From an uncultured delta proteobacterium (GTDB lineage: Bacteria > Desulfobacterota > Syntrophobacteria > BM002): a stretch of DNA of 33,893 bases. Shown here piece by piece: positions 9,995 through 18,464 of this stretch. The translations under genes and the position numbers were made by a program. Numbering within the stretch: the stretch's first letter is position 1; every line of letters begins with the position of its first letter. The stretch spans positions 1 through 33,893 of the forward strand of contig CAVQGX010000036.1 in assembly GCA_963712115.1 (NCBI GenBank). The letters are read 5' to 3'. Below the pieces are notes generated by a model. The model had not been told where the DNA came from and did no database searches. It saw nothing but the letters and a program-made list of their open reading frames with translations.

Positions 9995-10981
9995 ATGACA
10001 AATCGCTATGCCAGGATAATCAGCACCGGCCGCTACGTGCCGGAACGTATAATGACCAACGCAGAATTTGAACCGCTCGTCGGGGACGTAGATGGTTGGC
10101 TCAGAGAAAGGGTGGGCATTGTGGAGCGCCATGTAACTGCTCCCGACGAGACCACCAGCGACATGTGTACTGCTGCCGCTCGCCAGGCTTTAGCGCGAGT
10201 TAATCTCCCTCCTACCGATGTCGACCTGATTGTGGTGGGTACTGACACGCCAGACCTCATCAGCCCAGCTACGTCCACTATTGTTCAGTACAAGCTTGGG
10301 GCGGAAAACGCCGCGACTTTTGATGTTAATTGTGCCTGTGCAGCTTGGGTTGCGGGCCTGGACATTGCCGCCAAGCAAATCTCTGCAGATACTGACATCA
10401 ACAAAGTTCTGGTTATTGGCGGCTACAACATGACAAGATTTATTAATTACCATGACAAATATACGTGCACCCTCTTTGGGGATGGAGCTGCTGCGGTAGT
10501 ACTGAGCAGCAGCGACCAACCGGGTTACCTGGCGGCAAAACTGATTGCCCAGGGACAGTATTACAAATCATTCGGGATATACACGGGCGGGGCCGCTTCA
10601 CCTATGAGTGACAACGAGCTCAATCGCCCTGTTATTCAGATTGTGGAAAAATTCCCCGCCACTTTCAACAGCGAAAACTGGCCCCCCCTGACTCGTCAAA
10701 CGGTCGCCAAGGCTGGCTTGGACTCAGTAGATGAGGTGGATTTCTTCCTATTCACTCAGATGAATGTCAACACCATAAGAGATGTGATGCAACGGTTAAA
10801 CCAACCGATTGAAAAGACCCACTGGATAATGGACAAATGGGGCTATACTGGCGCCGCCTGTATTCCAATGGCGCTGGACGATGCCGTGGTTGAGGGTAAA
10901 GGTCCTCAGCCTGGGGATGTGGTTCTCTTTTGTGCGACCGGTATTGGGCTTGCGATGGCGTGTGCTGTATTTAAATGGTAG
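9995..10981 (+). CDS. 3-oxoacyl-ACP synthase III (FabH)-like enzyme with atypical active site
   Basis: TGRYVP, TPD, DVNCAC (catalytic Cys), LFGDGAAAVV; HQAN replaced by TQMN and GNT by GYT. Confidence 0.88.
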   Translation: MTNRYARIISTGRYVPERIMTNAEFEPLVGDVDGWLRERVGIVERHVTAPDETTSDMCTAAARQALARVNLPPTDVDLIVVGTDTPDLISPATSTIVQYKLGAENAATFDVNCACAAWVAGLDIAAKQISADTDINKVLVIGGYNMTRFINYHDKYTCTLFGDGAAAVVLSSSDQPGYLAAKLIAQGQYYKSFGIYTGGAASPMSDNELNRPVIQIVEKFPATFNSENWPPLTRQTVAKAGLDSVDEVDFFLFTQMNVNTIRDVMQRLNQPIEKTHWIMDKWGYTGAACIPMALDDAVVEGKGPQPGDVVLFCATGIGLAMACAVFKW

Positions 10982-11229
10982 GCTGTTCTGGGTTTTTGAA
11001 GACTTAACCTTCCGAACTTAATTAACACACGCGGTAGTAATATCGAAAAGCCCCGGAATTTAGGAAAGTGCCAAATATTTTGAGCCTGGTCTTTAAGCGA
11101 AAACTGTAACTATTTTATATTTATGCTAACTGTTCAATAGACCTGAATATTATACGTATGATCATACCGTATAATCGCCTGACCATTCTCAAGATCAGAA
11201 ATATCTGGAGTCCTTTCTGGTCTCCTCAG

Positions 11230-11290
11230 ACTAAAGATGACATACTTTAATTCACACTTTACCTCTTGAGACCTAGGTACTATATCTTGG
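11230..11290 (+). repeat. A-type site A1 with partial linker
   Basis: ATGA-CATACTT-TAATTCACACT (core 11237-11251), then cctcttgagacctaggtactatatcttgg. Confidence 0.88.
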
Positions 11291-11301
11291 GTAACTGTGT
11301 C

Positions 11302-11390
11302 TCACCGGCTCCGCTTCTTCCTCCTACACTCCCAAGGCGGTATGGGGTTTGGGTCTGACCACAATCCCCGCTTGTCCATCCTGGCTCCTG
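11302..11390 (-). pseudogene. 3' remnant of a thermonuclease (SNase-family) gene
   Basis: Minus strand reads ARMDKRGLWSDPNPIPPWECRRKKRSR-stop, the typical SNase C-terminus; no N-terminal part present. Confidence 0.75.
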
Positions 11391-11404
11391 ACTTCTGGTT
11401 TTTT

Positions 11405-11920
11405 TCAGCTCAACAACCAAAAGATAAATACAATGAAACCGACGGTGCCCGTTAAATAGAGGAAGATTTTGCTGGAGTTGATCTCGTCAGCGTCGTCACT
11501 CATTTCAATAAACATAGCAGTTCGCTCTACGGTTTCAGACTTCTTGAAAGTATGCTCCACTCCCTCCTTGGCTGTATACATATCAAAGTCCACCTGGCGG
11601 GCCAATTCAGCAAATTCGGGTCCATGATATTTTTCTGCTACCTCTGTGAAGGTTTTTGCATCCAGCTTCTCTCCAGTTGGCTTTACCTCTTTTTTCTCTC
11701 TCTCGCCCGGGGTGAGATCCCTGCGGCGGTAGCTTACTTCCACCCTCCGCTTGGTGCCGTCTCTGGATTTGCTCTCCGCAGCCCGCTTGACCTCGAATTC
11801 ATCGGGAATATCTACCTTGAAGTTGCAGTAAAGGCAGACCATAAACTTGTCTTGGAACTTCCCCAGCGTTTTCGCTTCAAGGGGAGCTGAGCATTGCGGA
11901 CATGTTTTTGGAACAGTCAT
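11405..11920 (-). CDS. Hypothetical protein with N-terminal Zn-ribbon and C-terminal TM
   Basis: CPQC...CLYC; hydrophobic C-terminus; GGAG upstream; sigma-54 promoter at 12001-12016. Confidence 0.8.
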   Translation of the reverse strand: MTVPKTCPQCSAPLEAKTLGKFQDKFMVCLYCNFKVDIPDEFEVKRAAESKSRDGTKRRVEVSYRRRDLTPGEREKKEVKPTGEKLDAKTFTEVAEKYHGPEFAELARQVDFDMYTAKEGVEHTFKKSETVERTAMFIEMSDDADEINSSKIFLYLTGTVGFIVFIFWLLS

Positions 11921-12000
11921 GATTACTCTCCACCCAGCCGGGGTGAATGTGGAGCAAGCCCGAGCGTCCTGGGGTGCAGTGAAGGTGTCAGGGCTAAAAG

Positions 12001-12016
12001 AGCAAGAAAAGTGCCA
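12001..12016 (-). promoter_or_regulatory. Sigma-54 promoter
   Basis: Minus strand TGGCAC-TTTTC-TTGCT, matching the -24/-12 consensus. Confidence 0.8.
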
Positions 12017-12088
12017 AATGCCATTGCAGATTTAATATTTTGGATTTGCCCTTCGGGCTCCCACCCTGTTCTAAGCTGGCCCACCCGA

Positions 12089-12190
12089 GATGTGAATTAC
12101 ATACTTTAATCCCCACTTTCCCTCTTGAGACCTAGGTACAATATCTTGTTTTAAGCTGAGAAAATGCGGAGTTTTGGCTCCGCTTTTTTG
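12089..12190 (+). repeat. A-type site A2 with linker and hairpin
   Basis: TGTGAATTA-CATACTT-TAATCCCCACT (core 12096-12110); linker ends in gcggagttttggctccgcttttt. Confidence 0.9.
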
Positions 12191-12191
12191 T

Positions 12192-12207
12192 TGGCATCGG
12201 GTTTGCA
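12192..12207 (+). promoter_or_regulatory. Sigma-54 promoter
   Basis: TGGCAT-CGGGT-TTGCA upstream of the LysM gene. Confidence 0.75.
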
Positions 12208-12254
12208 GTTGTGAAAGTTTTGTTTCGGATTATACTGAGGGGGGAGGGGAAGTT

Positions 12255-12860
12255 GTGAAACCAAGGGACAGAATTGAGACTCTCGAAGCAGATTTTGAGA
12301 TAAATTTTTCCGATAAAGAGGGATATGCAATTCGGAGGAGTAACAAGGGAAATAGGTCCGCAGGGAAACCATCGGGAAAGAGTAGTCTTTCTTTTTTAAT
12401 AGGGGTGGTCATCTTTGGTCTGGTTGTCCTGGTTGCAGTAGTTTTTCACCGCTCTAGTAATATTGACACTGGATATAAGCTGAAATCATTGGAAAGAAGA
12501 ATCAAACGGCTCGAAGAGAGGTTTTATAGACTTGGTTGGACTGAAGCAAATCTGGAGCAGGTCAAGGAGAAGAGTAAGCAGTTTAATTTGTTCAGAGATA
12601 CCATTAAGAAGCCAAAAACGCCGCCCAAGAGCACTACCACTGAGAAGCCGATAACGCCCCCGGAAAGTACTACCGCTCAAACTGCCAAAGAACAAATAGA
12701 GGCTGTTTACCACGAAGTGCTCCCTGGTGAGACACTTTATGGGATAGGTCTTCGCTACGGTATAGCAGTAGCTGAGTTGCTGCGTCTCAATGATCTTGAA
12801 CCTGGAGCAACGATTTATCCCAAGCAGAAAGTTCTAATAATTCCAGCCGGCAATCAGTGA
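12255..12860 (+). CDS. Membrane-anchored LysM domain protein
   Basis: TM, coiled coil, duplicated KPxTPPxSTT linker, C-terminal LysM (YHEVLPGETLYGIGLRYGIAVAELLRLN). GTG 12255 follows GGAGG. Confidence 0.9.
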   Translation: MKPRDRIETLEADFEINFSDKEGYAIRRSNKGNRSAGKPSGKSSLSFLIGVVIFGLVVLVAVVFHRSSNIDTGYKLKSLERRIKRLEERFYRLGWTEANLEQVKEKSKQFNLFRDTIKKPKTPPKSTTTEKPITPPESTTAQTAKEQIEAVYHEVLPGETLYGIGLRYGIAVAELLRLNDLEPGATIYPKQKVLIIPAGNQ

Positions 12861-12960
12861 TGCTCAGAAATTTTTTAGTGTTTCTAGCATATTTTATAAA
12901 ATGAACAAAAACAGTTGAAGTTTCAAGATTTTCCCCACAGCATTCCACTACTTTGGCGGG

Positions 12961-13036
12961 ACTGTGAATTACATACTTTAATTCACACTTTTCCTATCGA
13001 GACTTAGCTACCATATTTTGGGGAAAACTAAGAAAA
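12961..13036 (+). repeat. A-type site A3
   Basis: TGTGAATTA-CATACTT-TAATTCACA with perfect 9-bp arms (core 12968-12982). Confidence 0.9.
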
Positions 13037-13141
13037 GGTATTATCCACGCCCCGATGGTAAGGTTGGCACTCAATATGATGTGTAGATGATGAGAACGCC
13101 TTTTGTGAGGTTGGCACTCCGACCAAGTACAAAGGAGTTTA

Positions 13142-13687
13142 ATGATGAGAAGCAATGTATTTCCGATTTTTCTTATTTTTCCTTTGTTAATGACCTTTCA
13201 ATTTGGATGCTCCAGGAAAACATACCCACCAGAATCAGCTACTCCTACAGCTTGTGCAATTAGAGCTGAAGTAGATGAAAATGGTAACTTTACCGCCATA
13301 AAAACTGAAAATAATGAGTTAGGAACTAGTCTGGATTTAAACATATGGCTTCACAGGAAGGAAGAAAAGTACAAGCTCCAACTAGTGATTATCTACAAAG
13401 GACTAGACTGGCTTTTTGTAAAGCCTGCCGAAACCTTGGTCATGACAGCTGATGACAAAGATATGCGATTGACAAGCTCAGGCAGGATAGAACTTCAAAG
13501 CGTACTTTCTCGTTTGTGGGGCATGGATATGGCAGCTTACGATATTACTCCTGAGCAACTCAAGGAGATAACTTATGCTGAAGAAGTAAAGTGCAAAGTA
13601 AAAAAACGTGAGTATTCTCTTTCAGCGAGTAATTTTGGATGTTTTCGTCGTTTTTATGAAGAACATGTAAAAGACAAAGAATTTTAG
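13142..13687 (+). CDS. Hypothetical lipoprotein
   Basis: AAGGAG RBS; signal peptide ending FQFGC; 181 aa. Confidence 0.8.
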   Translation: MMRSNVFPIFLIFPLLMTFQFGCSRKTYPPESATPTACAIRAEVDENGNFTAIKTENNELGTSLDLNIWLHRKEEKYKLQLVIIYKGLDWLFVKPAETLVMTADDKDMRLTSSGRIELQSVLSRLWGMDMAAYDITPEQLKEITYAEEVKCKVKKREYSLSASNFGCFRRFYEEHVKDKEF

Positions 13688-13803
13688 ACGTATCGGATTG
13701 AGCGGAAATCTCAATAACGAAATAATTTGGTTTGATAAGAGGCTGGATGCCATGTGCGTTTAGCCTCTTTTCTTTGTTGTGGACATTGCCTTGACAGCCT
13801 TCG

Positions 13804-13836
13804 ACATTTTGTGCCAGATTAAATTCCAGCAGAGTG
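13804..13836 (+). repeat. Truncated B-site linker (breaks after AGAGTG)
   Basis: acattttgtgccagattaaattccagcagagtg matches 14718-14751, then diverges exactly where the IS110 inserts in the 18379 copy. Confidence 0.75.
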
Positions 13837-13918
13837 ATCACAGAAAAATCTGAGTTATACTCCATGTTGCAACCTAGTTAGCCTGACCTCTCCCTTAACA
13901 GACATAGGAGGTTTAGAT

Positions 13919-14050
13919 ATGGAACGAGAAACTCGCTTGTCATGCCCTTCAGGGTATGAACTAGCATGCACAAAAGACAGTGACCAAGATAAGTGTTGTT
14001 GTTGCTGCGTAAAGGTTACCTCGCCCATCAGAGAGGCAGCATCTCCGTAA
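13919..14050 (+). CDS. 43-aa Cys-rich peptide (not in ORF track)
   Basis: AGGAGG RBS, MERETRLSCPSGYELACTKDSDQDKCCCCCVKVTSPIREAASP, then a strong terminator. Confidence 0.65.
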   Translation: MERETRLSCPSGYELACTKDSDQDKCCCCCVKVTSPIREAASP

Positions 14051-14071
14051 CACACTTTCTCCGCAATAGAC

Positions 14072-14122
14072 CCCCGCTATTCCATCTGGAGGTACAATTT
14101 CGGAATAGCGGGGTTTTCTTTT
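14072..14122 (+). terminator. Intrinsic terminator
   Basis: CCCCGCTATTCC...GGAATAGCGGGG 12-bp stem plus T-rich tail. Confidence 0.8.
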
Positions 14123-14137
14123 GCCTTTCGCTAGGCC

Positions 14138-14221
14138 TCACTTCCCCCTTCTCTTCCTCCTAAACTCCCAAGGCGGTATGGGATTAGGATCGGCCTACAA
14201 TCCCTGTCTTGCTAGTTTGGC
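14138..14221 (-). pseudogene. Second 3' remnant of a thermonuclease gene
   Basis: Minus strand AKLARQGL*ADPNPIPPWEFRRKRRGK-stop; DNA similar to 11315-11375. Confidence 0.75.
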
Positions 14222-14448
14222 CTAGCAGTTGTCTTCTTGACGGCTGTGGGGTTTCTCGTCCACCAGGAGTAACACTTCTGCCCCTCCGCCATTTTCAACT
14301 GGCCCTCTCCTTCGGTACCCCATAGGTGACATAAGGTGGAAATTCTTTTCTCAACCTTGTAATAACGTTTCCATATAATTTTGGTTTAGTTTTCCTTAAG
14401 GTTTAGTTAACTATCTGAAATATCAAATTATTGCCAAATTGATAATCA

Positions 14449-14464
14449 TGGCATAGCCTTTGCT
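14449..14464 (+). promoter_or_regulatory. Sigma-54 promoter
   Basis: TGGCAT-AGCCT-TTGCT. Confidence 0.8.
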
Positions 14465-14475
14465 ATTATTGTGAT

Positions 14476-14698
14476 AATAGAGTTTGGCGGCTTCTCATGA
14501 GCGAACCTCAATAAATAACAGATACCCTTTTTTGGACCGGTGTGTCGCCTCGCTTAGTCCGAAGCGCCTAAAAGTTCAATAGGGAATAAAAATTTAGGAA
14601 CACGCTCAAAGAAACATGCCAAACTCCACCCTCACCCCCTAACCATTTTAGCACCCCATCGACATGACGCACGCTCGGAAAGGTCGGTGGGGTTTTTT
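14476..14698 (+). ncRNA. Candidate structured sRNA
   Basis: Lies between a sigma-54 promoter and a terminator (14653-14698); long-range pairing GAGTTTGGC/GCCAAACTC and TGAGCG/CGCTCA; no credible ORF seen. Confidence 0.55.
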
Positions 14699-14715
14699 GT
14701 TTCCGTTGACAGAAA

Positions 14716-14776
14716 ACCATATCTTGTGCCAGATTAAATTCCAGGCGAGTGTGAATTAAGGGATGTAATCTTTATT
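14716..14776 (+). repeat. B-type site B4 with partial linker
   Basis: catatcttgtgccagattaaattccaggcg-AGTGTGAATTA-AGGGATG-TAAT (core 14755-14769). Confidence 0.9.
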
Positions 14777-14948
14777 TTCGCAGTGGTCGAGGGTGGGTTT
14801 ACATTTCTCATTATTATTTGCCCTCAGGACGTATCTTGAGCAGTTAAATTCCCCTGCACCCTTCTACCATTACCTACCAGGCATAAACATTGCAGCTTAT
14901 ATTTCTATTCTCTCCGGATATTCGAGGGACTCAGGGGGCGTTTTGAGA

Positions 14949-15530
14949 ATGAGAGAAAACGCAAATATCAATACCACCGAGAGAGTTCGGTCACTTACCC
15001 ATTATTCGCAAGAGATGATCGAACCCACATCTTCCAAGTTTATAGAAATACATACCCGTCCTGTATTACTGTATTCCGAAAGTCCTGGTTGGTTGGAAGA
15101 CCTATGGTCCCCGTTAAAAGATACGTTGATCCTATTTAATAAAGGCCAACCGTTGCTGCACCCTGCTGAGGCTAGACCTCAAATTGACAACGTTCAAATA
15201 ATTGAGATCCGCAAGTACACCAGTTCTCCCCCGGCAAATCAGATCAGCATAGGGCGCGAAGGCAACAACGACATTGTTTTCTCCCACGGCTCTATTTCCA
15301 AAGTCCATGCTCATGTTGTCGAGAGAGAACCTGGCGAATTATATGAAATCATAGATGCCAACTCCACCAACGGTACTAGAGTGAATAATCAAGAACTTCT
15401 CCCTTTTCAGAGTCAGACCCTGATCAACCTTGACCAAATTGTATTTGGTAAAGTAGTTCGAGCGATATATTTGACGCCTCGTGGATTACATGAGCTTGTA
15501 CAGGATCTGATTCGTGTTGGCATTATCTAA
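14949..15530 (+). CDS. FHA domain protein
   Basis: IGREGNNDI...ISKVHA...DANSTNGTRVN. Start placed at ATG 14949; the ORF track extends to 14793. Confidence 0.85.
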   Translation: MRENANINTTERVRSLTHYSQEMIEPTSSKFIEIHTRPVLLYSESPGWLEDLWSPLKDTLILFNKGQPLLHPAEARPQIDNVQIIEIRKYTSSPPANQISIGREGNNDIVFSHGSISKVHAHVVEREPGELYEIIDANSTNGTRVNNQELLPFQSQTLINLDQIVFGKVVRAIYLTPRGLHELVQDLIRVGII

Positions 15531-15613
15531 TACTTACACTCACCGGCTACAAGGTGCAGCCAGTCGTTTCTCGATGTCTCACAACACTTTGTTCTAGTGT
15601 CTTTGCAGACTAA

Positions 15614-15642
15614 AGTTTAGATTAAGGGATGTAATCTAAACT
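15614..15642 (+). repeat. B-type site B5 (perfect arms)
   Basis: AGTTTAGATTA-AGGGATG-TAATCTAAACT, 11/11 inverted arms. Confidence 0.92.
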
Positions 15643-15710
15643 CCTATTGACATGACCTCTGGATTGACCTTATTCTGATTTTATATTAGATCTATGTCGA
15701 GTCAATATCC

Positions 15711-17348
15711 ATGAAATACAAGAACCAGAGCATTATCATCGGTCTTTTTCTCATTGTATTTCCAATCTTAGTACCTCACCTTTCCGCAACTACAAGGGGT
15801 ATAAGTATCGTCTCGAAAGAGGGGCAGAGTCTGCAGCTCTACAATGACTACTATGCACTTGTAATCGGTGTAGGAGACTACACCCAAGGTTGGCCCGACC
15901 TTCCCGGTGCGGCAAAGGATGCCAAAGAGGTGGCTTCCACTCTTGAGAAGCTGGGCTTTAAGGTAAAGCTCACACTGAACCCAACCTCCAGCCAACTAAT
16001 GTCAACCCTGAACGACATGGCTTTTGGGATGGGAAGGGCTAGAAACAGGGCTTTACTCCTTTACTACGCTGGTCATGGAGAGACCCTCGAGTTAGCCGAT
16101 GGCACTAAGCTCGGATATATCATACCGACCGACTGCCCTTTGAAAAACCTTGACCCCAGAGGCTTCGATCATAAAGCGGTGTCTATGAGGGACATTGAGG
16201 GCGTGGCTCTAAAAGTCAAGTCCAAACATCTTCTCGTGATGTTTGACTCTTGTTTCTCGGGTTCGCTGTTCAACTTGGTCAGAGCTGCTCCTGTAGATAT
16301 CACTGAGAAGTCTGCCCGGCCGGTGAGGCAGTTTATCACTGCGGGAGAAGCTGGAGAGCAGGTTCCTGACAAATCGATTTTCAAGATTGTATTTCTGGAT
16401 GGCATCATGGGTGATGCAGACCTTAACAGAGATGGTTATGTCACAGGTTCCGAGTTAGGTATGCATCTTCAGAATGAAGTGGTGAACTACACTAGAGGGG
16501 GACAGCATCCTCAATACGGCAAGATAAACAATCCGAGACTGGATAAGGGTGATTTCATATTTGTACCGGGGACTGCCATGGCAGCGGCTCCAACTGCTTC
16601 TCAAGGGATAATGGGACGACAATCTGTAAATGGAAGTGATGATTTAGTACAGGAGGCGAAGCTTCATCCCGAAGCGAAGTTGTCAGAGGAAATAGAGCCT
16701 CATAAACTATATTCTCAAGGTACGTCTACCGTATTATTTGACGAAAGAAAAATCGACGAGATGATAGTTTCACTAGAACGTTATTGTGGAAGAAATCCAC
16801 TTGATATTGAAGCTAATATATTGTTAGGCAAAGTCTATCTAGAAAAGTGTGATTTTCTGAAAAAAAGAGACAATGAGCAGTATAAGACTCTATTGTATCG
16901 TCCCTGGAATACGGCCAAAAGATTATATAAACAATCAGCAGGATCCTATTTTTATCACTCAAGTCTTCACTACATTTTTGCTAGGACTTATTTTTTAAAG
17001 GACAAACCCAAAAAAGCAATTAAATACGCCAATATTGCCCTAGAAACATCAACTGCGGATTCTCCTAATATAGATTGTATGCTCTTGCTGGGAGATTCCT
17101 ATGCAGCGCTTGCGAAAAGCGAAACTTCAAAATATTATTCCACTGCTCAAAAGGCTTACCAAGAGATAAATTATTTAAATGTTTCAGATGATCATAAGGC
17201 GCTGGCCTATTGTAAATTAGGAGCCTTATACGCACGACTTAAACAAAAGGACAAAGCAAAAAAAGCTTTGGTCTCTGCCCAGGGGCTAGCCCAGAATGAT
17301 TCTGTGGCTAAAGAGATTAGCTCTGTATTGGATTCGATTAAACAATAG
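15711..17348 (+). CDS. Secreted caspase-family (peptidase C14) protein with C-terminal TPR region
   Basis: Signal peptide; ALVIG, YAGHG and DSCFSG (His/Cys dyad); helical TPR-like C-terminus. Confidence 0.9.
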   Translation: MKYKNQSIIIGLFLIVFPILVPHLSATTRGISIVSKEGQSLQLYNDYYALVIGVGDYTQGWPDLPGAAKDAKEVASTLEKLGFKVKLTLNPTSSQLMSTLNDMAFGMGRARNRALLLYYAGHGETLELADGTKLGYIIPTDCPLKNLDPRGFDHKAVSMRDIEGVALKVKSKHLLVMFDSCFSGSLFNLVRAAPVDITEKSARPVRQFITAGEAGEQVPDKSIFKIVFLDGIMGDADLNRDGYVTGSELGMHLQNEVVNYTRGGQHPQYGKINNPRLDKGDFIFVPGTAMAAAPTASQGIMGRQSVNGSDDLVQEAKLHPEAKLSEEIEPHKLYSQGTSTVLFDERKIDEMIVSLERYCGRNPLDIEANILLGKVYLEKCDFLKKRDNEQYKTLLYRPWNTAKRLYKQSAGSYFYHSSLHYIFARTYFLKDKPKKAIKYANIALETSTADSPNIDCMLLLGDSYAALAKSETSKYYSTAQKAYQEINYLNVSDDHKALAYCKLGALYARLKQKDKAKKALVSAQGLAQNDSVAKEISSVLDSIKQ

Positions 17349-17467
17349 TATCGACTCTTGGATCATTCCTTCTCTTAACCCTCATCCCTCGTAGCAAAAC
17401 CCAAAGAACAAGCTGCAGTTAAGGTGGTTTTTTTGGCTAAATTGCAAACTCTTCAACCGTTCTCTTA

Positions 17468-17567
17468 GAAGTATATATCATACTTTAATCCCCACTTTTC
17501 CTCTTCAGACCAAGGTACAATATCTTGGTTTAAACTAGGAAAATGCGGAACTTCGGCTCCGATTTTT
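17468..17567 (+). repeat. A-type site A4 with linker and hairpin
   Basis: CATACTT-TAATCCCCACT (core 17475-17489), linker ...tacaatatcttggtttaaactaggaaaatgcggaacttcggctccg. Confidence 0.88.
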
Positions 17568-17651
17568 AGTTGCATTCCCGCTTGCTATCATCTCGCCTTC
17601 TTTCAGCTCAAGGACTCCTAAATCCGAGATCACAGCACTCAGCGCACAATC

Positions 17652-17667
17652 TGGCACGCCGCTTGCT
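17652..17667 (+). promoter_or_regulatory. Sigma-54 promoter
   Basis: TGGCAC-GCCGC-TTGCT upstream of the PilZ gene. Confidence 0.8.
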
Positions 17668-17828
17668 CTTATGTTGACACAGTGCAATATTTCCCGCTGA
17701 ACTGCACATAAGTCTATGCATTTTACTCCCTGGTTGCACACGACAGTATGCTAAACGATTGGTGGGGATTTTCTTTACCCCTTATACAAGAACCTCTTTT
17801 CAAATAGGGTTTTCCCGGGAGGTTAAAA

Positions 17829-18236
17829 ATGGAAGCTAGCTTGTATAAACATAGGGAACAAGACTATTGTGCCGCTCCGTATGTCATCCAAGAGAGGACC
17901 CAAACTCTAGGGGAACTTGGTGACCGCAGAAGAACCGCGAGATTGAGCCTTCGCTTTTCCGTAAAGTTTTGCAAGGAGGGATTGTATTTTCCAGTCGAGG
18001 GAGTGACGGAGAACATTGCGCCTTGCGGAGCTTTAATCAAACTCAATGACTCGCATGCTTTCCAAATCCGCGATCGGATAATCCTCACCTTGTTTCTTCC
18101 ACCCAGTTTTTCTGGCCAAGATACGACCATTAGGCTTCGCGGTTCTGCACAGATCGTCCGGCTAGTCGGGGATAATGAAGGAGTTGCAGTGGAATTTACA
18201 AGGTCCCTCAAGCAATTTAAGAAAACTAATGACTAA
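17829..18236 (+). CDS. PilZ domain protein
   Basis: RRRTAR (RxxxR) and NIAPCG (degenerate D/NxSxxG), GVAVEF; GGAGG RBS. Confidence 0.85.
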   Translation: MEASLYKHREQDYCAAPYVIQERTQTLGELGDRRRTARLSLRFSVKFCKEGLYFPVEGVTENIAPCGALIKLNDSHAFQIRDRIILTLFLPPSFSGQDTTIRLRGSAQIVRLVGDNEGVAVEFTRSLKQFKKTND

Positions 18237-18275
18237 GAGTAAGCAATTGGGCTAGTTAAGCGTCAATATCTGAAC

Positions 18276-18379
18276 TCCACACTTTACCTCTTTAGAGCCA
18301 AGCACAAAAATTTTGGCGGAGCTTCGACTCCGCTTTTTTGTTCTCAACATCCTGTACCAGAGCAAATCCCAGAAGAGTG
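18276..18379 (+). repeat. A-linker-B unit, left part (A core degenerate; B site interrupted by IS110)
   Basis: tccacactttacctct...gcggagcttcgactccgcttttttgttctcaacatcctgt...agaagagtg; continues at 19668 as taaATTA-AGGGATG-TTAT. Confidence 0.85.
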
Positions 18380-18464
18380 ATCATATGAAAAAGCTACCTC
18401 CTTCGAGGCCTTGTATTATACAAGGGGTCTTTGAGGGAAACCCAAAACAAAGGAGGTAGCCACC

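Noticed and set aside
14222-14374. Minus-strand short ORF with an in-frame TGA (possible selenoprotein)
   Set aside because: No recognisable redox motif, family similarity or clear SECIS.
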